From: Octopus sinensis
Lineage: Eukaryota
DNA: 64,000 nt
Direction: 5' to 3'
Assembly: GCF_006345805.1 (NCBI RefSeq)
Contig: NC_043010.1
Span: 34,844,001-34,908,000, forward strand
This document shows, piece by piece, positions 38,317 to 51,531 of the stretch. Made by a program: the position numbers and the translations under genes. Below the pieces are notes generated by a model. The model worked only from the letters and a program-made list of their open reading frames with translations, was not told where the DNA came from and did no database searches. The first letter of the stretch is position 1; every line of letters begins with the position of its first letter.

Positions 38317-40776
38317 AGAATTCAAGATTACTTGTTTTGCATTCCATAGATCCAACCGATCAATCAGACTAAACCAGACATTAGAAGACTTTTTTTGAAA
38401 TCTCCATGTATGAAGGAACATAAAGATATACATGCATGACTGGACATTGTTCAGAAACTAAGAAAAGGGGAGAAAGCAGGGAAGGCACACGGCTATTTGA
38501 TTAGAAATTAGCTTTTCATAGAGCAATGGAAGTCAGAAGAAAACAAAAAATAAATACTAACAGTGGTTTCTTATAATCTATGTAAGTAATCATTCTTTAT
38601 ATTGGAACAACAGGAGGGGTATGTACAGCTAATTGAATTGAAACCCCTCTCTCCAACATATAACTGATGCTTATTATTATTGACACCAAAAAAGTGACAA
38701 GCTGGCCAAATCAGCACATCAGGCGAAATGCATAACAGCGTTTCATCCATCTTTATATTCTGAGTTCAAATTCTGTCTGAGTGAACTTTGTCTTTCATCC
38801 TAACAGGGTCGATAAAGTAAGTACCAATTGAACAGAGGGGTTGATTAAATTAACTTAGCCCCTCCCTCCAAGCCTGATAGCTTTGTACCAAAATTTGTAA
38901 ACATTATTATTGGCTCAAGAGATATGAAATGCAAAGTTAACTCTCAACAGGATTTGAACAAAATCAGTCAAAATGGGCCTTGGGCAAGTCATTAAACTGA
39001 GTTTTATAGTGAGGCTCCAGTTTGGGCATTCAGGAATTTTGGGTGTAGGGAGTCATTCTTCAGGTCTGCTCTAGCCCAGGGTGGTAATATTTGTCAAAGG
39101 CCCTTATTTATGGGTCAAATAGCAGATGATCCTATGGCTAAGGATTCAAGACTCAAGGAAAGACTGGCCCCTAGATATATGTCACACAGATCCACTAGTG
39201 TATGGACATGCCCTGATGACATGTGAACTGGTCCCCTGGTATTAAGGTTAAGAAGACCCTGTGCCTCAAAGAGAGCAGGAGATTGGCAGAGTAAATTGTA
39301 TATAAACTGGCAGAGGACAACAGGAAACTATAGCTGCATCTTATGCAAGAAAAGACCGTGAATCTTCAAACTTTGGCATGGTGACCCATGATTGTTGATG
39401 CTTATAAAACAGACAAAGCACACGAAGATAAAGGGATCAATAAACGTTATTAAATACTTTAATTCACATAGACCAACTCTCTAAGTTTCTGCCATCCACC
39501 AACTAATAATAATAATAAAATGATTTTATAACATAAGTACAAAGCCACAAGTTGTTTTTAATTAATCTCAGAACTTGGTCGATGTTTATGTTACTGAACT
39601 CAGAAGGATGAAAAGTAAACTGGACTTCACAAAAAAGTTCAACTCAGAATGTTAAAGGAATATAAATGCTTCAAGGCATTTTGTCCTGTGCTCTACCAAC
39701 TCTGCCATCCACCACTACCATAACAAGGCCTGCAATTTTGACATGATGTGGTTAGTTGACAACATCAACCTCAGTACTAGACTGAAGAAAATATCTTGCA
39801 GTATTTCATATTTGGAATTGAAATCTCTACAAAGTCAAGTTTTCCATTCATTGTTCTGGGCTCAGTAGCATTAATAATAAAACCATTTTTATATACCATG
39901 GTGTATACTGTAGGTCATGAAATAAGTGGATGTTTAATGCAGATTAGGTGTAAAATAATCGAAAAAGATCATTGGACAGGTGGTACTGGATTTGATACCA
40001 GATCAGATACCTTTAAATATTTAGTTTGTTATCCATCCCACAAACTACTGAGGTCAATTAAACTGGTTCCAGGTATAACCTTGTTAATGTTTTATCACCT
40101 CCATAAAAATGAAAGTACAAGTTAACCTCTAATTATATTTGAACTGTGAAGATAGAAGAAAGAAAAGGCTGAAAATCACACATCTAGATCTAGTAGTGTA
40201 CAAGGCTAGTGAAACCATTAGAGCATTGAACAAAATGCTTTCTGGTACCTAAAGTAGAAAAAATTATTATCATCATCATTAAAATATTGAGACTATTTCA
40301 AATGATTCATTGAAATTTTGAAGGTAAACTTTACCAATGACCACCTCTACCACTAACTGTCATACTACAAAAGCAGTCATGTACATATACTACACACACA
40401 TTGTATAAATGTATTTGTATGTAACTACACAAGTTCATATATGCACAAACATTTACAGATACAGTTGCAAATGTAAATGCATATGTGTATGCATACACAC
40501 AGTAAATTCTTCCAACATATTTATGTCTACTTACATATATGTACACACACACACACACACCACACACATACATATAGTCACTACCATATGTACATGCATA
40601 GACTTGTATATATGCAAACAATATACAGACAAGGTAATATTTTTTGTCATGTATATTCCTTTAGATTGAGAATAACGATGATGATGATGACGAAGATGAT
40701 GAGGAAGATGCAAATAATGGAGGTGAGTCAGAGGTATTTAAAGAGGAAACACCTCATTTATTATTTATCACTTAAA

Positions 40777-41231
40777 TTCACCACGTGCCATTTACTGAGC
40801 AACAGTGTGGGGCTGTGTAATATCAGCAGCATTTACACCACGCAGTAGTCTTGCTGATGGGGCAGTAATAGTCTCGCTGCTGCATAGCAGTAGGTCTCGC
40901 CATGCTGCAGCAGTAGACTTTAAGCAGCATTAACTTTATCAGACAGTGGCTTACAATACAGTGGGAGTGTTTGCCACAATGAAGCAGCAGTATTAATCCA
41001 ATGCAGCAGCAATGTTTCCGTAAAGCAACAGCAGCAGTAGCAGCAACAGTGCTACTGCAGCTGCAGTAGTGCTGACTGAAGCAACAGCAGCAGTATTGCC
41101 CCAAGCAACAGCAGCAGTGTTTCTACAATGCAGCAGTAGGCTTGCTGTGTAGTAGTTAGTTAGACAGCATAGCTTCATGAGATATCCCATCAGCACTCAA
41201 CGCAGAACCACATGTGCTGTCACATGGTGAA
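40777..41231. repeat. CAG/GCA-rich degenerate minisatellite bounded by a 14-bp imperfect inverted repeat (possible MITE)
   Basis: Internal GCAGCAGTA-type units. TTCACCACGTGCCA (40777) versus the reverse complement of TGTCACATGGTGAA (41218-41231), 12/14 match. Confidence 0.45.
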
Positions 41232-41729
41232 CTACACGTGGCACTTCATTCGTGTTTCATGTGTTGTCTCACTCAGACTCACTTAGAAATTCTTCATGCA
41301 ATGTCATGTATAATTCTGAAGAGAGAGTAAGGAAGAAATACCTGTTGACCCACACTGAAATGTGTACTGCTCTGTACTGTATCAGTGTAGTGGATAATGG
41401 TTTGTTGGGTATGGAGAGGAAAACATTCGGGTAGAAGAGGAGCTTAGATAGATATGGAAGTGTGTGTGTGTGTGTGTGTGTTACTTGATGCTGAGTCTTC
41501 TCTTCATACTCTGAGCTTCAGGCTTTTGCTTTTTATAGCATGAAATACTGTACTCGGAGTAGTGTTATGGTGAAACCTCAGCTTTGTATGAATGAATAAA
41601 CTCTATTAGATATTTGGAGTACTCTATTTCCCCACCTATCCACATTTATGAGTTCAAACAGGGGTGGAGATGGGGGAATAGAGAGTGATGAGCAGTAACA
41701 AAGGTAGTGATGGTGGTGAGGATAGCGGT

Positions 41730-41779
<50 letters not shown>

Positions 41780-41799
41780 ATGATGGGATTGGAACAAGA

Positions 41800-42818
41800 G
41801 ACAAAATGCTTAGTGGCATTTTGTGAGTCTTTGCATTTTGAGTTCAAATCCTGCCAAGGTTGATCTTGCCTTTCATTCATTCAGGGTTGATGAAATATCT
41901 GTTTCTTTATTACACACAAGGGGCTAAACATAGAGGGGACAAACAAGGACAGACAAACGAATTAAGTCGATTACATCAATCCCAGTGCGTAACTGGTACT
42001 TAATTTATCGACCCCGAAAAGATGAAAGGCAAAGTCGACCTCGGTGGAATTTGAACTCAGAATGTAACGGCAGACAAAATACGGCTACACATTTTGCCCG
42101 GCAAAATAAAGTATCATTTAAGCACTGGGGTCAATGTAATCACCAAGACCCAGCTTCCCACAAAAGATAATTTCAGGCCTTGTGCTTATAGTAGAAAGGA
42201 TTAAGCATCCTGGTGCAAAATGCTTAGCAGCATTTCATCCGTTTTTACGTTCTGAGTTCAAGTTCCACTGAGGTCAACTTTACTTTTCATCTTTTGAGAT
42301 CAATAAAATACGTACCAGTTGATTGCTGGGGTCAATGTAATTGACTTATCCCTTCTCCTGAAGTTGCTGGCTTTATGCCAAAATTTGAAACCATTATTAT
42401 TATTATTAAGATGGTGAACTGGCAGAATCATTAGCACGCTGGGCAAAATGCTTAGCAGTATTTCGCTTGTCATTACATTTTGAGTTCAAATTCCACTGAG
42501 GTCGACTTTGCCTTTCATCTTTCCAGGGTTGATAAATTAAGTACCAGTGACTAGTTTCAGGTCTTGAGTCTTTAGTACAAAGAGTAGTAGTTATTATTAT
42601 TATTAAGGCAGTGAACTGGCAGAATCGTTAGCATGCTGGACAAAATTCTTAGTGGCATTTCATCTGTCTTTACATTGTGAGTTCAAATTCTGCCGAGGTC
42701 GACTTTGCTTTTCATCTTTGCAGGGTCAATAAATTAAGTACTAGTGGAGTACTCAGGTCAATGTAATTGACTATCCTCCTCCCCACAAAACCCAGGCCTT
42801 GTGCCTATAGTAGAAAAG

Positions 42819-42856
<38 letters not shown>

Positions 42857-43385
42857 GGCAGTGAGCTGGCCAAATCCTTAGCACACTGGGCAGAATGCTT
42901 AGCAGCATTTTGTCTGTCTTCACATTCTGAGTTCAAATGCTGTTGAGGTCGACTTCATCTTTTATCCTTTCAGGGCTAATAAATTAAGTACCAGTTGAGC
43001 ATTGGGGTCAAAGTAATCAACTTATCTCCTCCCCAACTATTTCAGGCCTTGTGCCTATAGTAGAAAGGATTATTATTATTATTATTAAGGCAGTAAGCTG
43101 CAGAATCGTTTGCATGCCAGGCAAAATGTTTTGTGGCATTTCGTTTGTCTTAACATTGTGAGTTCAAATTCTGCTATGGTCGACTTTGCCTTTCATCCTT
43201 TATTATTAAAGCAGTGAGTTGGTAGAATTGTTTAGTGGCTTTACCTTCAACTCTTTTCATTATGAGTTCAAAACTGCTGAGAGTCAATAAGATAAATACC
43301 AGTTGAGGACAGAGAACAATTTAATCGACTAACCCCACTCCCCCATAAAATTACTGGCTTTGTACCAAAATCAGAAAGTATTATT
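41800..43385 (+). mobile_element. Large head-to-tail tRNA-SINE array (~8 copies, mostly +, one - copy at ~41910-42110) punctuated by (ATT)n
   Basis: Each unit starts ATTAAG(G/A)(C/T)(A/G)GTGA(G/A)CTGGC(A/C)(G/A)AATC and ends GTGCCTATAGTAGAAA(G/A)GATT or GCCAAAATTTGAAACCATT. Confidence 0.88.
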
Positions 43386-43399
43386 ATTATTATTTCGTT

Positions 43400-43409
43400 G
43401 TCGTTGTCA

Positions 43410-43447
<38 letters not shown>

Positions 43448-43873
43448 ACAGCAGCAGCAGTAGTAGTAGTAGAAGTTATAATGGTGGCAATAGATATAGT
43501 AGCATTGCCAAAGCAGTAGAAACAATTTTGGAACCAAGCCAGAAATTACCCAACTAACAGAACCAGTGTGTGTGTGTGTGTTTGTGTTGTAGTAATGATA
43601 ATAGTGATGTTAGTTGGTAATAGCAGTGAGGATAGTGGAGACGGCGCTCAAGATGATGGTGGTGTTAGTAGTAGTGGTAGTAGTGATAGTGATGATGGTA
43701 TTGTGGAAATAGGTGGTGATACTAATGAAGGGTGGTGGTGATGGCAGTGATGATAGTAGTGTTATGGAGCTGATGATGTAAGCTAGATTTTGTGGTGAGG
43801 TAGTGGAAAAAGAAAGAGATAGGTAAGGAGACAGTGAGAGAGAAAGAGAGAGGGAGGAAGGGAGACAGACTGC

Positions 43874-43936
<63 letters not shown>

Positions 43937-44120
43937 GTTACTCGAGAAAGATGGAAAATAGGAGAGGAGCAAGAGAAGAGATACAAACAAGAAATAGAAA
44001 AACAGAAAAGAGAGAGAAGGATAGGGGAAGATAGATGAGGGGGAAAACAACAGAGGCAGAGAGAGCCTGTAAGGATTGGGTGCCAAAAGAGAGAGAGAGA
44101 GAGAGAGAAACAAAGAGAAA
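43400..44120. repeat. Compound microsatellite block: (AGT)n, (GT)n, (GAT/GGT)n, (AGAT)n, (GA)n
   Basis: Direct reading. Confidence 0.9.
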
Positions 44121-44624
44121 CATGAGTAAGAAGAAATGGTAAATTAAAAGCTTAATGAAGAGTTAAAAGGTGACCCTTTAGAAGCAAGGAACCCTAATTT
44201 ACATGCCACCAATTCTCAGTATCAAATCATTCTAAAAGAGACAAAAGATTAAAGTGTCATGCATAGAGATGATCATATTACATACATGTTATATATATAT
44301 ATACACACACATACACATGTACAAATATATATATGTTTGTGTGTGTGTGTGTGAAGGCACATGGCTCAGTGGTTAGAGCGCTGAGTTTACGATCGTGAGG
44401 TTGTGTGTTTGATTCCCAGACTGGGCTGCCTGTTGTGTTCTTGAGCAAGACACTTTATTTCATATTGCTCCAGTTAACTCAACTGTAGAAATGAGATGCG
44501 ACGTTACTGGTGCCAAGCTGTATCAGCCTTTGCCTTTCCCTTGGATAACATCAGTGGTGTGGAGAGGGTAGGCTGGTATGCATGGGCGACTGCTAGCCTT
44601 CCACAAATATATATATATATATAT

Positions 44625-44830
44625 TCAAAATGTGACCGCGTGTGTACCATTGGCGATTTTTTTTTCCTCTGTCTCCCCTTCTTTGGATCTTTCCTTCTCC
44701 TATGTTTCCAATGAAGAGCTCCGCTCGAAACGTTAAACCCTCCTTCTTTCCTGAACGTCCAATAATACTATATTTGTTCTATGTCCTCACGTTGTTGTGT
44801 TTTTTTGTGCTTTCTTGTTTAGATTAACTA
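44625..44830 (+). mobile_element. Penelope-type terminal-repeat remnant (second family) with minimal hammerhead motif (44704-44738), followed by (TA)n
   Basis: GTTT-CCAATGA-A-GAGC(TCC)GCTC-GAAACGTT-AAAC. Confidence 0.62.
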
Positions 44831-45361
44831 TATATATATATATATATATATCATGAGCAGATTACAAACAAGCCAGAAATACATCTTGGGTTCTAATAGA
44901 GGACTCCACTGAGCTGATAATATTGTATTGACACCTTTTATATCTAAACTATTCTAAAGTTTGTTTATTTTCTATCACTGCTTCATGCTACTACTTGTAT
45001 GTGTGTGTGTGTGTGTGTGTGCACGCATGCGTGTGTGTTTATACACACACACACACACAGAAGAGGAGAAAGAGAGTGTGTGTGCATGTGAGTATACATA
45101 CATGAACATATAGCCAAATTAGATCAAATAATTAGACAAGTTCCAATTAAGTAAAAGCTAATGTTAAATCATCACCATCATCATCGTTTAATGTCTGCTT
45201 TCCATGCTAGCATGTGTTGGACGATTTGACTGAGGACTGGCGAACCAGATGGCTGCACCAGGCTCCAATTTGATCTGGCAGAGTTTCTACAGCTGGATGC
45301 CTTTCCTAATGCCAACCACTCTGAGAGTGTAGTAGGTGCTATTATATATAAATTTATTAAC

Positions 45362-45966
45362 TGGCACAGGCATAACTGTATGGTATATGAGTTCTGTCCA
45401 CAACCATGTGGTTATTGGCTCAGTTCCACAGCACATCACCTTAGGCAAGTGTCTACTACTATAGCCCTAGGCCAACCAAATCCTTCTGAGTGGATTTGGT
45501 AGACAGAAACTGAAAGAAGCCCATCATATATATGTATGTATTCTTTTATTTGCTTATTCTTTTACTTGTTTCAGTCATTTGACTGCTGTCATACTGGAGC
45601 ACCATCTTAAAGGGTTTTAGTCAAAGAAATCAACCCCAGGACCTATTCTTTGTAAGCCTAGTACTTAATCTATTGGTCTCTTTAGCCGAACCACTAAGTT
45701 ATGGGTACATAAACAAACCAGCATCAGTTGTCAAGCAATGGTGGGGGTACAAACACAGACACACACACATAAATACATACATATACACACACATACGCAT
45801 ATATATATATACACAATGGGCTTCTTTCAGTTTCTATCTACCAAATCCACTCACAAGGCTTTGGTCAGCCTGAGGCTACAGTAGAAGACACTTGCTCAAG
45901 GGATGAATCTGGAACCATGAGGTTGGGGAGCAAGCTTCTTACCACACAGCCAGCCACACCTGTGCC
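45362..45966. mobile_element. Adjacent inverted pair of CORE-type SINEs (+ partial 45362-45535; - full 45545-45966)
   Basis: The first copy reads CCTTAGGCAAGTGTCTACTAC...GAAACTGAAAGAAGCCC. The second has the reverse complement GGGCTTCTTTCAGTTTC...GAAGACACTTGCTCAAGG. Confidence 0.8.
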
Positions 45967-46120
45967 TTTATGTATATGTGTGTGTATGTAAGATTTTTCT
46001 TTGCAGGACAAGTTTTCAAGAAAGATTTGAAACATGGGGTGCTGCTTGTATGATGGTAAGGTTCATCACACCATGTCAAGACAAAGAGATACAAACACAG
46101 ACACACACCAATGCTAACAT

Positions 46121-46156
<36 letters not shown>

Positions 46157-46421
46157 ATGCTTGTGTAAGTGTGAAGTATGTGTCTTCTTGTCATGGCATG
46201 GCACAGTATTACCAGTATACAAGCAGTGTCCTTCCTTTTTAAGCTTTTATGAAAACGTCTGGCCTGAGGAAATAATAGTTGGTGATGGGAAGAGCATCTG
46301 GCAGTAGAAAACTTGCCTTAACAAATTCTGTCTGACCCGTGTAAGCAAGAAAAAGAGGATGTTAAAACTATAATGATATGATATATATGATATCATCATC
46401 ATAATTATTATCATTATTATT

Positions 46422-46882
46422 GAGTGAGAGAGTAGTGCATGCCATCAAACTGACACTGGGGTAAAAATATACAAAGCCCAATATACCCATCATTACTACC
46501 CATCTGATAAGGGTACACCATGCACATGCAGCACAACCATATGTGTGCCACATAGTGATCTTATATCAAGATAACCAGTGCATGACCTTGCAGTTGGGAT
46601 CCAGTTAGGATTTTCTTCAGGCTGAGTTGCCCATCCCTCTCAAAAGGTCCCTGAATAAAGGTTGTTCGAGGATGTTGAACAAAACACCCATGTTTCCAAA
46701 GGTGAATTATCAAAATCCCAAACAATTCCTCTCAACACATGGCTATGATGCTCCCTTGCTACTTCTGCTCACGATCAGACATGCACATATTGTCAGACAC
46801 TAAGGGACATGCTCCACTGGTTAAGGTCAAGCAACTGTCAAGCAAATCTGTGGTGCTGAGCAGAATATTTGCTGTAGCCCAT
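46422..46882 (-). mobile_element. (AAT)n-associated element, truncated copy; a further partial copy lies at 47561-47775
   Basis: Begins (ATT)n-GAGTGAGAGAG on +, matches 56476-57032, and ends in another (ATT)n tract. Confidence 0.8.
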
Positions 46883-46883
46883 G

Positions 46884-46927
<44 letters not shown>

Positions 46928-49074
46928 ATATCCACTTTTGCATGCTTGCAGGAGTTAGATGGAATCTGTTGAGGCACTTTTCCTACAGCTGGATACTCCT
47001 CTTTTTTCCAACCTTCACCTGTTTTAAAGCAAACAAAAATACTCTCCCATTACTAAGTGCTTTTCTCAGAAGACAGGAAGTGAACAGCATCGTATGTATG
47101 GCAATGATTCTTATTTACAACCATTATGTGACGTCTAGACATGGGTACACACTCACATGCACATATATATTGTTTACATACAGCTTGAGCAGAAGGTCAT
47201 TCCTTCCATTTGCTATCAAGTGGAAATCTCAATAGACAGAACTACTTATTTATTGCATTATAGTATAAGTGGGTGATTATTATACAAATACTTCTTGGCT
47301 TATCATAAATCTCACACAGAACAACCATGATGTAATGCATGGATTTACAAATAATGATGCAGCCCGTCTGATGGACTTTCACAATTTCCATTTAACTAAT
47401 TTCATGCACAAATCTAAGGTCAAACCAAAATGATGGCTGAAGTAAAGAAAATTTCTATCTGACCCGTGTAAGCAAGGAAGAGAGGATGTTAAAATTATAA
47501 CGATATGATATATATGATATCATCATCCTCATAATTATTATTATTATTATTATTATTATTGAGTGAAAGAGCAGTGTACACCATCAAAGTGACACTGGGG
47601 TAAAATATACAAAGCCCAGTATACTCATCATGACTACCCGTCTGATAAGGGTACACCAGGCACATGCAGCACAACCATATGTGCGTGACATGGTGATCCC
47701 ATATCAAGATAAACAGTGCATGACCTTGCAGGTGGGGCCCAGTTAGGATTTTCTTCAGGCTGAGTAGCCCATCCTTGAGTAGGGCCAGATCCTAGATTCA
47801 TGATTGGGAAAGGAACTTCTTTACCATTCAGCTATACTCCTACATTTGTATATACATATACACATCAGTAAGTCATCATCATTTTAACATCCAATTTTTC
47901 ATGCATAGGCTAGACAGAGTTATTGAGGCAGATTTTCTATGGCCTGACACCTTTCCTGCCATCAATCCTCACTTGTTTCCAACTAAGATATCATTTCCCC
48001 ATGGCCAGACATGTTTTCATAGAATATCAGATATGAATTACACTGCTTGTATGACAAATCATTTACAATCATCATGCCATATCAAAATAAGGAGACACAT
48101 ACATACCCTCACACTCACACACATACACATACTGATTTCAAATTTTGGTACAAGGCCAGCAATTTCAGGAGAGGAGGCTAGTTGATTACATCGGCTCCAA
48201 TACTTGACTAGTACTTATTTTATCAACCCCAAAAGGATGAAAGGCAAAGTCAAACTCAGCAGAATTCAAATTCATAACGTGAAGGCAGATGAAATGCCAC
48301 TAAGCATTTCACCCAGCATGTCAACGACACATATGCATATATTGAAATATACTATTTTACTGGTTTCAATGATTTGACTTCAGCCATGCTGGAGCACTGC
48401 CTTTAGTTGAACAAATCTACCCCAGGACTTATTCTTTGTAAGCCTAGTACTTATTCTATCAGTCTCTTTTGCCAAACCGTTGCGTATATATTCACATAAT
48501 GAGCTTCTTTCAGTTTCTGTCAACCAAATCCACTCATAAGGCTTAGGTAGGTTCAAGTCTGTAGTAGAAAATACTTGCCCATAGTGTCTGTCATACAGTG
48601 GGACTGAACCTTAAACCATGTGATTGGGGAAGAAACTCCTTAACCAGAGTCAAAGACCTTTTAAATAATTCAGTATGAAAAAATCTGATAGAATTATCTA
48701 TCCTATCCACCCAAACAGATGCAGGAACGCACATACATACACGCACTCACAGACACACACACCTCTAAAATCCAGAAGAAAGAAGTAGTTTACAAAAGTT
48801 AAATGGGTACTGAGAAGGTGAAAAATGAATTGGGGTGGAATAATCTGGGTATAATTCAGGGGTTAGTTGGCATGACAACAAGAACTTTTAGGGATTTCCC
48901 CCATTAGCTTTCTTACACATGAGAAGATTTAGTTTCTCTATAAATACCCCCAAATACTCCTAAAGTTGTGAGAAATACTCCACCCTGATACACCCTTGGC
49001 ATTGATTTCTATATGGTAACTGTATATTTGTTTTTTAATGTTTTTGTTTTCTTCTTAGTCATGCTACTGACAAA

Positions 49075-49680
49075 TAATATCATTATCACTACCACCACTA
49101 CCACCACAACCATCAGTACCACCACTGTCACTATCACTGCCATCACTACCACTACCATCACTACTACTGCCATCACTACCACCACCATCACTACCTCCGC
49201 CGTCATTACCACCGCCATCACCACTACCATCATCATTACCACTGCCATCACCACTACCATCATCATTACCACTGCCATCACCACTACCATCATCATTACC
49301 ACTGCCATCACCACTACATCATCATTACCACTGCCATCACTACTACCATCATCATTACCACTGCCATCACCACTGCCATTACCACTACCATCATCATTAC
49401 CACTGCCATCACCATCATCATTACCACTGCCATCACCACTACCATCATCATTACCACTGCCATCACTACCATCACCATTGCTACTTCCATGAACACAGCC
49501 ACAACCATCATCATCATCATCACTACCATCATTACCACTGCCATCACGACCACTGCCATCACTACCACTACCATCACTACTACCACCATCATTACCACAA
49601 CTGTTACCATCACTGCCACATCACAGCTACAACCTTCATCATGATCCCCACCACCACCACCACCACCACCAACATCTTTG
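49075..49680. repeat. Cryptic (ACC/ATC) trinucleotide minisatellite with a ~30-bp super-period
   Basis: ATCATTACCACTGCCATCACCACTACCATC repeated; gives low-complexity T/I-rich and V/M-rich ORFs on both strands. Confidence 0.9.
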
Positions 49681-50059
49681 TTTGTAGCAGCTACTTTTCC
49701 ATACTAACATGGGTTAAACTGAGGCAGGCTTGAAGTATGGCATGTTGTTACTTATCCCATTGCATTATTCACATTTGGGAAGACTGGGTACTTGAGATCA
49801 AACCTCACCATATTCCTTCTTTCTTTCACATGTCATCCATTCATGTCATGTCCAATACAGTCGTCTCCCTGATGCATACATCAGCTGATGTCTTTAATAC
49901 CCAGTAACATGTTGGGTAAAATACCATTGTATCTTACCCAACTCATTTCTTTCCAACATGTAGTTGCCACACATTCAGTACACATCTCCTGTAGCATCAC
50001 CTCCTCTTATCGAGCATTTTATGTCCACATCTCACTCCTATCTAGCACTGTTCCTATTA

Positions 50060-50460
50060 TCCCACATTCTACATCCACACTTCACTACCATGTAGCACCA
50101 CCTCCACCCCTTATCACACATTCTACATCCACACTTCACTACCATGTAGCATCACCTCCAGCCCTTATCACACATTCTACATCTACACTTCACTACCGTG
50201 TAGCACCATGCCCACCTCTTATCACACATTCTACATCCATACTTCACTACTATGTAGCATCACCTCCACTCCTTATCATACATTCTACATCCACACTTCA
50301 CTACCATGTAGCATCAGCCCCACCTCTCATCACACATTCTACGTCCATACTTCACTACCATATAGCATCACCTCCACCCCTTATCACACATTCCATGTCC
50401 ACACTTCACTACTATGTAGCATCAACCCCACCCCTTATCACATGTTCAATGTCCACATCT
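50060..50460. repeat. 54-bp minisatellite, ~7 copies
   Basis: TTATCACACATTCTACATCCACACTTCACTACCATGTAGCATCACCTCCACCCC repeated; translates as LITHSTSTLHYHVASPPP. Confidence 0.9.
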
Positions 50461-50774
50461 CTTTTTCATGGAGCACCACACCTCTTACACATGCCTTTTC
50501 CTCTTGCATGAGAAAAGTAACACTTTGTTGTCACTGGTGCTGTTTAGCCCTAGGTCAACTGTTTTTCAGCAGACCAATGATCAAAAGTATTCCAGCCAAG
50601 ACCATACCACTTTCTTGTTCTGTTTTTTTTTTTTGAGACAGTGTACTGATAATAGTAGTAATGATGATGATGATGTCCATTATGGTGATGTTTTTGATGA
50701 TGCTGGTGATGGAGATGTTGATTATAACAATGATGATGATGATGATGATGATGATATAAATGGTTATGTTTTAC

Positions 50775-51176
50775 ATTTTACTTGTTATAGTCATTAGACT
50801 GTGGCCATGCTGAAGCACTGCTTTGAATAATTTTTAGTTAAATGAATCACCTCCAGTACTTGTCTATTTATCAGCTTGGTACTTATTCTATCAGTGTCTT
50901 TTGCTGAACCACTAAGTTACAAGGACATAAATATGCCAACACTAGTTGCAAACTAGTGAAGTGGGGGACATAACACAGGCACAGACACATACAAATATAT
51001 ATATATATACACACACACATATATATGATGAGCTTCTTTCAGTTTCCACTCACAAGGCTTTGGTCAGTCCAAGGTTATAGTATGAAACACAAGCCCAAGG
51101 TGCCATGCAGTGGGACTGAACCTGGAACCATGAGGCTGAGAAGCAAACTCCATACCACACAGCCACACCTGTGCCA
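50775..51176 (-). mobile_element. CORE-type tRNA SINE; another copy at ~48345-48650 (-)
   Basis: Family motifs GACTGTGGCCATGCTG(A/G)AGCAC...GAGCTTCTTTCAGTTTC...CCCAAGGTGCC...CACAGCCACACCTGTGCC. Confidence 0.82.
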
Positions 51177-51531
51177 ATGTTGATGATGGTGCAGATGATG
51201 AAGACAACAATAAAGTGGTGGGCTTCAAACTATAGAAAAGGTGAGATGAGATGTGAATGTGCTACCTTTCGCTGTAATGAAGCACATGGGTGGAGTGTGA
51301 GGTAAAGTTATTTATTCTCTTAGTGTAAAGAAAAACCCCATAAAACACCCTTCAAAGCATTCAAAAGCAACACACACAACTGCAAGACTAAAGTTACACC
51401 AAGACTATTTATAAGTAATAACCAGACGGCCCCTCTGTAATCTCACTTTCATATTACAGGTTTTGGCTTCCAATTCTTCATCCTTAATCACATGGATATA
51501 CATTCTTACTGCATTTTGTCTTTTTTTTTTT

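Noticed and set aside
40823-41196. Ala- or Cys-rich ORFs from CAG repeats
   Set aside because: Low-complexity repeat open in several frames; no exon boundaries.
44357-44425. Functional tRNA gene
   Set aside because: A and B boxes are present but the cloverleaf stems do not pair, and the sequence continues into a CORE-like SINE body.
49009-49619. Thr/Ile-rich mucin-like and Val/Met-rich ORFs
   Set aside because: A cryptic trinucleotide repeat gives long ORFs on both strands with frame switches; typical non-coding microsatellite.
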